A DNA stretch of 64,000 bases from an uncultured Verrucomicrobiales bacterium. Its GTDB lineage: Bacteria > Verrucomicrobiota > Verrucomicrobiia > Verrucomicrobiales > DEV007. Made by a program: the position numbers and the translations under genes. The DNA lies in assembly GCA_938091905.1 (NCBI GenBank), contig CALKOM010000023.1, positions 77,082 through 141,081 of the forward strand. Direction: 5' to 3'. This document shows, in pieces, positions 19,836 to 28,815 of the stretch (position 1 is the stretch's first letter; every line of letters starts with the position of its first letter). Below the pieces are notes generated by a model. That model made no database searches, was not told the origin of the DNA, and was given only the letters and a program-made list of their open reading frames with translations.

Positions 19836-20588
19836 TTAGGAATCGGCATACTTCGTCGGCTGGCCAACCAAGGTCCCGATGGGATCACCAGTGAGAGCTC
19901 GACTAATATTGCCAGGTTCCATCATGTCAAAGACGACAATGGGTTTATCATTGTCCATGCAAAGACTGAAGGCCGTGCTATCGAGCACACCTAAACGCTG
20001 AGTCAACGCATCGTAAAACGAAATGGTTTCGTAGCGTTTCGCACCAGGATCTTCCGAGGGATCGGCGTCGTAAACCCCATCCACTTTGGTTGCTTTGAGA
20101 ATGACATCGGCGCCGATCTCACTTGCTCGTAAAGCAGCCGTTGTGTCCGTGGAGAAGAACGGATTTCCCGTGCCTGCCCCAAAGATCACGACGCGCCCCA
20201 ACTCAAGATGGCGCATGGCTTTGCGACGAATGAAAGGCTCGGCCACGTTTTTCATTTCAATGGCCGTCTGCACGCGCGTGGGCACGTCCATCTCCTCTAA
20301 CATACTCTGCAAGGCCAATGAGTTCATCACGGTGGCTAGCATGCCCATGTAATCCGCCGTCGACCGTTCCATGCCTTTGTTGGCCGCCGAAATACCACGC
20401 CAGAAATTGCCACCACCCACGACAAGGGCGATCTCGATCCCCGACTGGTGGGCCTCCTTGATCTCCGCCGCCATCCTTTCCACGATCGGGGGAGAGATGT
20501 TGTCCTGACCACCTGTCCCGCGAAGCGCTTCCCCACTCAATTTGAGGACCACACGCTTGAAAGATCGTCGGTTGGCGTTGGCTGGCAT
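19836..20588 (-). CDS. pyrH: Uridylate kinase
   Basis: [29 protein letters not shown] and [11 protein letters not shown]. Probable ATG at 20588. Confidence 0.97.
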   Translation of the reverse strand: MPANANRRSFKRVVLKLSGEALRGTGGQDNISPPIVERMAAEIKEAHQSGIEIALVVGGGNFWRGISAANKGMERSTADYMGMLATVMNSLALQSMLEEMDVPTRVQTAIEMKNVAEPFIRRKAMRHLELGRVVIFGAGTGNPFFSTDTTAALRASEIGADVILKATKVDGVYDADPSEDPGAKRYETISFYDALTQRLGVLDSTAFSLCMDNDKPIVVFDMMEPGNISRALTGDPIGTLVGQPTKYADS

Positions 20589-20917
20589 AGGATTTGCGAG
20601 AGTTAAGCAGAAAGCGATCAACGACTCAACAGGGAAAAGCCGTCCCCAGGGCTCCTTAATGGCCAACACGTCGCCTCCTGACATTTCAGCTGTCGCTAGA
20701 TCGGCGTCCATATCTCAACGAAACCCGGGCGAACGCCTCCTCGCTCCATTATCGATGGTTTTATTACCAATACACGGCGGGAAGCTTAGTGCTCCCTCCA
20801 TGAGATTCGAAAGTAGATTTCCTGATAGCATGTCCATCCTGTTCATTCGGTCGCTGCTACGTCACGCTGGAGCGTAATTCTGTTGCAAGCCACACTAACT
20901 CATCCTACCCATACTGA

Positions 20918-20939
20918 GCTTGTGAAAACTTTCACAAGC
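20918..20939. promoter_or_regulatory. Palindromic operator matching the Rex consensus TTGTGAAN4TTCACAA
   Basis: gcTTGTGAAaactTTCACAAgc with perfect 10-bp arms. The core ends 16 bp before the polyprenyl synthase ATG. Confidence 0.7.
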
Positions 20940-20953
20940 CCACCCGAACAACC

Positions 20954-21964
20954 ATGATGATCGCGAATACGGAGCGTTCCAAAGCATGTCTCGAAAGGAT
21001 CAAGCCTCACCTAAAGCAAGTCGAAGCCGCCATTCTGGACCAGGCAAACGCCTTCGATCCTGCAGTAGCCGGTTATATTGAGTATTTACTCGATACCGGC
21101 GGGAAGCGCCTCCGACCCAATCTTGCAATCGTTACAGGTGGCGCCGTCGGCGGTGAGCCAAACGGAGAACACCGCCGCCTCGGCCTTATTCTAGAACTGA
21201 TTCACATCGCCACCTTGGTCCATGATGACATCATGGACGGTGCCCAAATGCGCCGTCAGATTCCCACCGCCTCGGCGAAATGGGGGCAGTCGCTTTCTGT
21301 GCTTCTTGGCGACGCCCTCTTCGCACACGCCCTCCAACTCACGTCCGAATTTGAGGATTCTGCCATTCCGAGGCTCATCACCCAAGCTTCCAAGGATGTG
21401 TGCACCGGCGAAATCATCCAGACTCAGCGCCGTTTCGACCTGAGCTTAAGCAAGCAGGACTACTTCAAAATCATAGAAATGAAGACTGGGGCACTTTTCG
21501 CTGCCGCAACCGAAGGTGCTGCACGCATATCTTCGGAGGACCAAGCCACTGCTGACAACCTGCGAGACTACGGCATGAAGCTCGGCACGGCTTACCAGAT
21601 CTACGATGACAGCCTCGATCTTCTCGGAAACGAGGCCGACGCCGGCAAAACCCTCGGCACAGATCTTGAAAAGGGTAAATTGACTCTTCCCGTAATTCAC
21701 CTTATCGAGAAGGCCACCGAAACCCAGAAGACCAAGCTCAACAAGCTCATCATCAACCGCGAGCCCCTCGATACTGGTATTCTCGCCGGCATCGCTGACT
21801 ACGAAGGCGCCATCGAGCGCAGCCTGCAGGAGGCCCGATTGCTACTGCATGAGGCAACGGACTGCCTGACCGGGCTAGATGACAGCCCCTACAGGGATGG
21901 CCTCCTTGGGATCGCAGAACACGTCGAGAAACTCGTCGATGGCTGCCAGGTATCTTCCTATTGA
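20954..21964 (+). CDS. Long-chain trans-polyprenyl diphosphate synthase (IspB/HepT-like)
   Basis: GGKRLRP, first Asp-rich motif HDDIMD...RR, KTGALF, second motif YDDSLD, and GKLTLP. Confidence 0.93.
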   Translation: MMIANTERSKACLERIKPHLKQVEAAILDQANAFDPAVAGYIEYLLDTGGKRLRPNLAIVTGGAVGGEPNGEHRRLGLILELIHIATLVHDDIMDGAQMRRQIPTASAKWGQSLSVLLGDALFAHALQLTSEFEDSAIPRLITQASKDVCTGEIIQTQRRFDLSLSKQDYFKIIEMKTGALFAAATEGAARISSEDQATADNLRDYGMKLGTAYQIYDDSLDLLGNEADAGKTLGTDLEKGKLTLPVIHLIEKATETQKTKLNKLIINREPLDTGILAGIADYEGAIERSLQEARLLLHEATDCLTGLDDSPYRDGLLGIAEHVEKLVDGCQVSSY

Positions 21965-21988
21965 CAAGGGTAGGCGCGTCGATAGGAT
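21961..21988 (+). promoter_or_regulatory. Probable sigma70 promoter of the rpmH operon
   Basis: TTGACA-16 nt-TAGGAT, overlapping the upstream stop codon, about 80 bp before rpmH. Confidence 0.5.
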
Positions 21989-22070
21989 GCCGACTCCCTG
22001 CGCGTCGCCTGGACTCTATCCCGGCACCGTTTGTGGACCTCAAAACGACTTTCCTTAGCCTGCACGCATC

Positions 22071-22253
22071 ATGAAACGGACCTTTCAGCCTTCCAAGAGA
22101 TCTCGTAAGAACCAGCACGGTTTCCGTGCACGCATGAGCACCAAGGCCGGTCGCGACATCATTCGCAAACGCCGTCAGAAGGGGCGAAAGCGTCTCATCC
22201 CACGCGGCGCGGAAAACGATTACAAGCGCCACACCGTTCAGCACGGCCGTTAA
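22071..22253 (+). CDS. rpmH: 50S ribosomal protein L34 with C-terminal extension
   Basis: [28 protein letters not shown]...RRQKGRKRL. Confidence 0.97.
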   Translation: MKRTFQPSKRSRKNQHGFRARMSTKAGRDIIRKRRQKGRKRLIPRGAENDYKRHTVQHGR

Positions 22254-22315
22254 CGCTTTAGGCGTCCTCCTACGGCTGTGTGGTGGCGTTCGTGGAAACG
22301 CGATTCCTCGTCCCT

Positions 22316-22690
22316 ATGAAACGGTGCCATCGCATGAAGAACGGTAGCGACTTTGCTCGTCTCCGTCGCGAAGGCCGCTCTCAAGGCGGGAAATATTTCG
22401 TCCTCTCAGTCCTGAACGATCCCAAGGCGACCAACGCTGACGGCACTCCCTATCTGGCTGGTCTTATCACGTCGAAGAAAGTCGGCATCGCCGTCGTCCG
22501 AAATCGCGTCCGGAGAAGACTGCGCGCCATCATCGATCAACTTTCTGATCGAATCGTGCCCGGCACGATGCTTGTCGTGATCGCACGCTACACCGCGCCC
22601 AAGGCACACTATCAAGATCTCGTGGCGGATCTTGAGTTGCTCGCAAAACGGGCTGGCATTCTCACGAAACTTCCTAGCACGACACCCTAA
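22316..22690 (+). CDS. rnpA: Ribonuclease P protein component
   Basis: [22 protein letters not shown] (RNR motif) and operon position. Probable ATG at 22316. Confidence 0.93.
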   Translation: MKRCHRMKNGSDFARLRREGRSQGGKYFVLSVLNDPKATNADGTPYLAGLITSKKVGIAVVRNRVRRRLRAIIDQLSDRIVPGTMLVVIARYTAPKAHYQDLVADLELLAKRAGILTKLPSTTP

Positions 22691-22956
22691 TGGCACTCGT
22701 TATCAAAGTGCTCATTCGAATCTATCAGCGCGTACTCTCGCCCATGCTGAAATGGGTTACGACCGGAGACCCTCAAGGGTCCCTCTGTCGTTACGAGCCG
22801 ACGTGCTCGCATTACTGTGAGGAAGCGGTCTGTCGTCACGGCGCTTTCAAAGGGCTATGGTACACCTTCCGCCGACTCGCACGCTGTCATCCTTGGGGCG
22901 GCCACGGCTACGATCCCGTACCGCCCGTTCGTCAGACCTCCTCTTCTACACGCTAA
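22690..22956 (+). CDS. yidD: Membrane protein insertion efficiency factor YidD
   Basis: [17 protein letters not shown] and [14 protein letters not shown]. Confidence 0.96.
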   Translation: MALVIKVLIRIYQRVLSPMLKWVTTGDPQGSLCRYEPTCSHYCEEAVCRHGAFKGLWYTFRRLARCHPWGGHGYDPVPPVRQTSSSTR

Positions 22957-22977
22957 CGTACCTCCCAAATCATTTCT

Positions 22978-24834
22978 ATGGATAAAACCGCCTGGATTGT
23001 CGTCACTCTCTGCACCATCGGCCTCGTTCTTCTCTTCCAGAAGTCCGCCAAAGAAGCATCTGAAGCTCAGGAGTTTGCTGCGGAACAAGCCGAGATTGCC
23101 CGAATGGCAGAGGCGGAAGAGAATCAAGCCGCTGGCGATGCCGAGGACCCTGACGTTGAGGAAGCCGAGGTTCCAGCAGCACCCGTCATTCCTGATAACA
23201 TCACCCAACTGCCAGCAAGCGAACTTGTTCTTGAAAACGATGAAGCCAAGTATCAGTTTAGCCAAGTCGGTGGCGGCGTTCAGCACGTTACGCTAAAGAG
23301 CCACCGCGCCTTTCCTGAAGGTCAGGTCGTCCTGAATCAGAACGGCAAGGCCCCCATTGGCGCGCTCACCGGACGAGACGCTCTCATGGCGACTCCGATT
23401 GTCTATGAACCCACCGCGGCTGTTGATGGCAAGATCGTCTTCACTGGGCTGAATCCGGACACAAGGATTCAGATCACCAAGACCTACTCACAAACAGACG
23501 ATCCTTACACCCTGGATCTGGTCGTCAAACTCGAGAACAAGAGCGGAGTCAATCACTCCAGCAGCGATTACTACGTCCATACCGGCGCCATCGAGCATAT
23601 CCATCACAAGGAATTACCCATCTACCTTTCCTACAGCTGGTGCGAGGATGGTGAGGCAGACAAAGAGGCCATCAATTGGTTCAACGGCGGCGGCTTCATT
23701 TTTAAAGATCCGCCTCAATCTGTACTAGAAGCAAATGGAAAGGCCCTGCAATGGGCCGGTCCTATCAATCAGTTCTATGCCAGCCTCATAGTCCCAGACG
23801 AGACGCGACCAGGGAGCACCTGGGCGCGTCGAAGTCCGGTTACCCTAGCAGACGCCCCAGACGAACCCGAGGGCACCTATCACAGTCTTTACGGGGCCAT
23901 GAGTTTCCCAGAGATCATGTTAGCAGATGGCGAGTCCAGCAGCCACAAGTTTAAAATATTCACTGGCCCACGCGAGTTGAAGCGCATGGAAGCTCTCGGT
24001 CATAACATGAAACAAGTCATGCACTACGACGACATGCCTGTTTTCGGTGGCATGTTCGGCATCATTCCCCTTCTCGCAACCACCTTACTCAAGTTGATGA
24101 TTTGGCTCGCCGGCATCTTTGGCAATTGGGGTGTCGCCATCCTGATTGTCACCGCCATCATCCGGATCTGTATCTGGCCTCTCCACGCCAAATCCACCGC
24201 TACCATGAAGCGGATGTCCAAACTCGCCCCCATGATGACCGAGCTAAAGGAGAAGCACGCGGACGACCCGCAGAAGATGCAGCAAGAGACCATGAAGCTC
24301 TATCGTGATTATGGGATCAATCCTTTGGGCGGTTGTCTTCCTGTCTTCCTTCAGCTCCCCATTTTCCTCAGTTTCTACAAGATGCTACAATCTGCCGTCG
24401 AGCTGCGCGACCAACACTTTCTCTGGGTGAAAGACCTCGCCATGCCGGATGCGATCTATAACTTCGAAAACTTTTCCCTCTTAGGTGTCTCCAGTTTGAA
24501 TCTGATGCCATTGCTCATGGCAATCACCATGATCATCCAGATGAAAGTGGGCCCCAAGGCAGGCGACAAGATGCAGCAACGAATCTTCATGTTCATGCCG
24601 CTGATCTTTCTCTTCATCTGCTACAACTTCGCCTCTGCCCTAGCGCTCTACTGGACAGGTCAGAATATCTTTAGTATTGCTCAAACATGGCTCATGAACC
24701 GCCGCCCCGAGCCCGAACTCGTCAAACGCCCGGCCAAGAAGCGCATGTCCCTTCAGGACATGCAAAAAGCTCGCGCTTCCGGTAACAAGCCTGAGAAGAA
24801 GACTAAGAAACGCAAACCACGTACCGGCGGTTAA
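22978..24834 (+). CDS. yidC: Membrane protein insertase YidC
   Basis: N-terminal TM, periplasmic domain, GNWGVAI, NPLGGCLP, FLWVKDLAMPD and LALYW. Confidence 0.96.
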   Translation: MDKTAWIVVTLCTIGLVLLFQKSAKEASEAQEFAAEQAEIARMAEAEENQAAGDAEDPDVEEAEVPAAPVIPDNITQLPASELVLENDEAKYQFSQVGGGVQHVTLKSHRAFPEGQVVLNQNGKAPIGALTGRDALMATPIVYEPTAAVDGKIVFTGLNPDTRIQITKTYSQTDDPYTLDLVVKLENKSGVNHSSSDYYVHTGAIEHIHHKELPIYLSYSWCEDGEADKEAINWFNGGGFIFKDPPQSVLEANGKALQWAGPINQFYASLIVPDETRPGSTWARRSPVTLADAPDEPEGTYHSLYGAMSFPEIMLADGESSSHKFKIFTGPRELKRMEALGHNMKQVMHYDDMPVFGGMFGIIPLLATTLLKLMIWLAGIFGNWGVAILIVTAIIRICIWPLHAKSTATMKRMSKLAPMMTELKEKHADDPQKMQQETMKLYRDYGINPLGGCLPVFLQLPIFLSFYKMLQSAVELRDQHFLWVKDLAMPDAIYNFENFSLLGVSSLNLMPLLMAITMIIQMKVGPKAGDKMQQRIFMFMPLIFLFICYNFASALALYWTGQNIFSIAQTWLMNRRPEPELVKRPAKKRMSLQDMQKARASGNKPEKKTKKRKPRTGG

Positions 24835-24874
24835 TCAAATCACCGAAGCCAACACCCGATCTACCTACCACGCC

Positions 24875-25348
24875 ATGAGTGAATCGACAGAAATCATCAG
24901 CAAAGCGAAGGACATTATCGATACGATGTTAGGTTATCTCGGCTTTGTCGTCCAAGTCGAAGAAGACAACACCCACCCCGGCGGAGGCCTTCACATCTTC
25001 ACCAAAGAGGCCGAAGTCCTCATCGGAAAAGACGGCAAACGGCTCGAAGACATTCAGTATCTCATCAACCGGATCGTTCACCAACACTACCCCAAGGCCA
25101 AGCGTCTCCGCATCGACATCGAGCACTACCGCTCCATGCAAGACGACGCCCTGGTGCAGCGCGTGCAAGAGCACGCTGATAAAGTGCGGCAAACAGGTCG
25201 CGCGATCAAGCTCTGGGCGATGAACTCCTACCACCGTCGCCTCATCCACAATGCCTTCAAAGAAGATCCCATGATCGATACCTGGAGCCCAAGAGACTCC
25301 GCCAAGGTCAAACGGATTACCCTTATTCGTAAGAAGACCGACGGCTGA
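24875..25348 (+). CDS. jag: Jag/KhpB RNA-binding protein (KH + R3H, short form)
   Basis: LIGKDG (KH GxxG) and RRLIH (R3H). Follows yidC. Confidence 0.88.
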   Translation: MSESTEIISKAKDIIDTMLGYLGFVVQVEEDNTHPGGGLHIFTKEAEVLIGKDGKRLEDIQYLINRIVHQHYPKAKRLRIDIEHYRSMQDDALVQRVQEHADKVRQTGRAIKLWAMNSYHRRLIHNAFKEDPMIDTWSPRDSAKVKRITLIRKKTDG

Positions 25349-25628
25349 TTCCGATAGGCAGCTCCGCTCGACCAAGCTCGTGTTCACCTTATCCCCACGA
25401 TCCAGCTTCGCCGCTTGCTACAAATACCAATAATTCGGCGCTTGTTAGTCTCTGCGGAGTATTGATAGGTAAAAGCAGCACCTTGAGGACATTGTAGTTG
25501 CGGAGAATACTATCGTGGACACCGGAACCGATTGTCTTCAGTTCAGCGGAGAATTCGCAGCTCTCCGATTCGACTCAGAAAGGGTTTCACATTCGAAGGA
25601 AGGCCCATAAATTCCACCTGTAGCTTAC

Positions 25629-28139
25629 ATGAATTTCGAAGATAGGTTTATGAATTTCGCGGGACGCCATGCACCCCTAATCTTTATCCTATCGCTTGCG
25701 ATCCTGGGATTCCATTCGGCCAATGAGGAAAGTGGAGGTTACTTGCCCAAAGAAGGGTACCAACGTCATATCCCCTCATCTCTCGGTGAAGAGACAGCTA
25801 CGACTCAAGATCATTCAAGCCGTTCGGCGGACCCAAACAGCTTGAGTTGGAGTGCGGATCTCGTCGATTGGCAACTCACCAAGGACATTTCTGACATAAT
25901 TGCTACGATCAATCAAGCCTCCATCGCTCTTGATATTACTCAGCAGAGCAGCAGCAGTCCTGACAGTACGACTCATCCACAATCAGCAAACACGGATACT
26001 GCGGCACCCTACGGTAGCACACTGCCCCATGTAAGCCCACAGGGCTCTTCGACGGAACAGGTAACGTTCACTTGGCAACAGATTGGAGACACAGGAAATC
26101 CAAGCATGACGACGACCCCGAGCGGCCAAGTGAACACTAGTGTGACTGTCGGTCGTATGGACGAGGAGTATGCGATCACCAAATACGAAGTCTCAAATTC
26201 GCAATGGGCGGCTTTCCTGAATGCAAAAGCCTGCGAAAGTGATCCCCATGGGCTCTACAATCCTCAGCACTCCAGCCATCATTGGGGAGGTATTATGCGC
26301 TCTGGATCGGGTCCCTATACTTATGCTCCAAAAGCAGGGCGGGAGAATTACCCTGTCAATTTCGTCAGCGTCATGGATGTCGCGAGATTTGTAAACTGGC
26401 TTCAAAACGGCCAGGGAAATGCTGACACAGAAGACGGCACCTACGATATGGACCAAGCCCCCCTGATTACCCGTAAAGGCGGATCACAAATCTATATCCC
26501 AAATGAGAATGAGTGGCACAAGGCAGCTTACTATGACCCACGCATCGAATCCGAAGGCGGTCCTCCCAGTGACACACACTATTGGCTGTATCCAACTTTG
26601 GGAAATAATACTCCAAATAAGGCAACCGTTCAAAACGGAGTGATTACCAATTCTGAACTGCCTAATCTCGCAAATTATGATCACTCGGCCAATGACCTCG
26701 ACGGACAATGCAGGGTCAACACCGGAGGTGTGAACTGTGAAAGTTACTATGGTGTCCGACACATGGGAGGGAATGTTGTGGAATGGATCGAAGATCGCCA
26801 TTCAACCTCGAATCCCACTTGGTACGATCTTCGCGGTGGGGATTGGGAAAATGGCCACTGGGACCAGCGCAACCACTTTATCAACGCCGCTCAACCCTTC
26901 TACGAATCGACTGACAACGGAATACGCCTCGCAGCCAGTCTTGGCTATTTAGAACGGGAAGAACCCGCTGGCGGCGGCAGTAGCGGTGGTGGCGAAGACG
27001 GCTGTGGACTCGATGAACTAGCTGAGCCATTCATAAACCAACCTTTTACCAAGGACACAAACACCATAGCGCTCTATCATTTTACAAACAACTTAGCCGA
27101 TTCTTCAGATCAATCTTTCCACCTGAATGTGGCAGGCGGCACCACAAATTTCACCAGCGAGGGACTGGACTGGATGCTGTCACCAAGTGGCTCCGCTCTG
27201 TGCTTCTCGGGCGTCGGTGACGAGGTCACTGTCGACATCCCAGACTCATTGATCCTCCCACATTCTGGAGCTGAGTTCACTATAGAATGGTATCAGAAGG
27301 TAGACTGCTTAGCCACGGCGGGGACGTCTGCTACTTTGATAGAGCTCGAACAAAGTCACGACTCACATTTCCGTCTGCGAAAAGACACTTGGGCAGACCC
27401 TATCGTTCCGACCATTGGTGTTGCTGGCACCGATCTATTGGACGAGACGAACATGGCACTGCACTTTAAATTTGGCGTTTGGCAGAAGATGCGGATCACA
27501 TTCGACTCTAGCTCAACAACTCGAGGCTATATCGATGGCCAGCTTATCGCTACCATCACGGTGGATCCAAACAATGGGAGAAGTAATGACTGGACATTAA
27601 GCTTAGGCAACTTTGATGGATGCATCGACGAACTGCGGCTTAGCAATACGGTTCGTCCAGATGAGACAAGTCTCGATGGCAGTTCTTCAGAATATCAGCA
27701 ATGGGCAGCCATCGCCTTTGCCAGCCTGCCACAAGGCGCGTCTGACCCAGATGCCCAACTATTGGCAAACCCCGACGGAGACGAAGCCACAAACCTATTC
27801 GAATTCGCTACGGCAACCGATCCGCTCGATCGAACCGATGCGCGAAGCGTTCAGGGAGAAATAGAGGTCATCGATGGCGACTCCTATATGGTGGTAAAAT
27901 ATCGCCGACTGAAGTCAGGAAACCAGCTATCCAACACCCATTACGAGAAAGGTTCGTTGGCCTACTATCTCGAGTCCAGCGATGGACTGACCGCAACCTG
28001 GAAGGAGGAACCGGCGAGTTGGGACACGCCTCAATCAGTCGTCGACCACGGAGATGGAACGGAGACCGTAGAAGTAAAGACCCATATCGATGCCATCATC
28101 CGCCGCTTCGTTAGGCTACGAATAGCCATGACACCTTAG
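25629..28139 (+). CDS. Secreted protein with FGE-sulfatase (SUMF1)-like domain, LamG-like domain and PVC-type C-terminal module
   Basis: FGE fold motifs KYEVSN, PVNFVS, ENEWHKAAYY, MGGNVVEW, RGGDW and GIRLA. LamG-like TIALYHF...FDGCIDELRLSN. C-terminal NPDGDEATNLFEFATATDP...FVRLRI. Confidence 0.8.
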   Translation: MNFEDRFMNFAGRHAPLIFILSLAILGFHSANEESGGYLPKEGYQRHIPSSLGEETATTQDHSSRSADPNSLSWSADLVDWQLTKDISDIIATINQASIALDITQQSSSSPDSTTHPQSANTDTAAPYGSTLPHVSPQGSSTEQVTFTWQQIGDTGNPSMTTTPSGQVNTSVTVGRMDEEYAITKYEVSNSQWAAFLNAKACESDPHGLYNPQHSSHHWGGIMRSGSGPYTYAPKAGRENYPVNFVSVMDVARFVNWLQNGQGNADTEDGTYDMDQAPLITRKGGSQIYIPNENEWHKAAYYDPRIESEGGPPSDTHYWLYPTLGNNTPNKATVQNGVITNSELPNLANYDHSANDLDGQCRVNTGGVNCESYYGVRHMGGNVVEWIEDRHSTSNPTWYDLRGGDWENGHWDQRNHFINAAQPFYESTDNGIRLAASLGYLEREEPAGGGSSGGGEDGCGLDELAEPFINQPFTKDTNTIALYHFTNNLADSSDQSFHLNVAGGTTNFTSEGLDWMLSPSGSALCFSGVGDEVTVDIPDSLILPHSGAEFTIEWYQKVDCLATAGTSATLIELEQSHDSHFRLRKDTWADPIVPTIGVAGTDLLDETNMALHFKFGVWQKMRITFDSSSTTRGYIDGQLIATITVDPNNGRSNDWTLSLGNFDGCIDELRLSNTVRPDETSLDGSSSEYQQWAAIAFASLPQGASDPDAQLLANPDGDEATNLFEFATATDPLDRTDARSVQGEIEVIDGDSYMVVKYRRLKSGNQLSNTHYEKGSLAYYLESSDGLTATWKEEPASWDTPQSVVDHGDGTETVEVKTHIDAIIRRFVRLRIAMTP

Positions 28140-28807
28140 ACCGCTTTGAAGCGGTAACCAACGCCACGCAAAGTCTCGATAAGAGGCGAATCGAAATCGC
28201 GATCCACCTTGTTTCGAAGGCGTCGAATGCAGACGTCGACAAGATTCGTCCCGGGATCAAAGTGCATGCCCCACACGTGGGTGTAGATCTGCGTCCGCGT
28301 GAACACCCGGCCAGGCGAGCACATGAGATACTCTAGCAAGGCAAATTCACGTTGCGTCAGGGTAATCTCCTTCCCAGCTCGTTCCACATCGCGCGTAAGA
28401 ATATTTACTTTGAGATCGGCAGCTGAGAGGACATTGGTACCTTGACCAGACGAACGACGGACGAGGGATTGCAGACGCACAACAAGCTCCTCCACGTAAA
28501 AGGGCTTTGTCAGGTAATCATCCGCGCCCACATGAAAACCTTCCACGCGTTCGTTCAGCTCACTCCGTGCCGTGAGCAGCATGACAGGGACAGCATTTCC
28601 CTTGTCACGCAAACCACGAAGCACACTGAGGCCGTCTCGACCTGGGAGCATGATATCGAGCACGATTGCGTCAAAGGGCTCTTCACACGCAAGTTCGTAA
28701 GCGGTGTTGCCATCTCGGGCCAATTCCACAACGAAGCCGTGCTCTTCTAGGCCTTTTTTAACAAAGTCAGCAATCTTGGCTTGGTCTTCGACAACGAGGA
28801 TTCGCAT
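28136..28807 (-). CDS. OmpR/PhoB-family response regulator (CusR-like), no adjacent kinase
   Basis: MRILVVED, LDIMLP, LLTAR, GADDYLTKPF and winged-helix IETLRGVGY. Confidence 0.95.
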   Translation of the reverse strand: MRILVVEDQAKIADFVKKGLEEHGFVVELARDGNTAYELACEEPFDAIVLDIMLPGRDGLSVLRGLRDKGNAVPVMLLTARSELNERVEGFHVGADDYLTKPFYVEELVVRLQSLVRRSSGQGTNVLSAADLKVNILTRDVERAGKEITLTQREFALLEYLMCSPGRVFTRTQIYTHVWGMHFDPGTNLVDVCIRRLRNKVDRDFDSPLIETLRGVGYRFKAV

Positions 28808-28815
28808 GGTATTTG

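Noticed and set aside
21990..22070. oriC next to rpmH
   Set aside because: No dnaA, no cluster of DnaA boxes and no AT-rich unwinding element are visible.
25454..25600. 46-bp periodic motif as a CRISPR array
   Set aside because: The conserved part is only 9 bp in three copies, and there are no cas genes in the window.
26100..26940. FGE/C-type-lectin fold as a possible diversity-generating retroelement target
   Set aside because: I saw no reverse transcriptase and no adenine-variant template copy of this region in the window.
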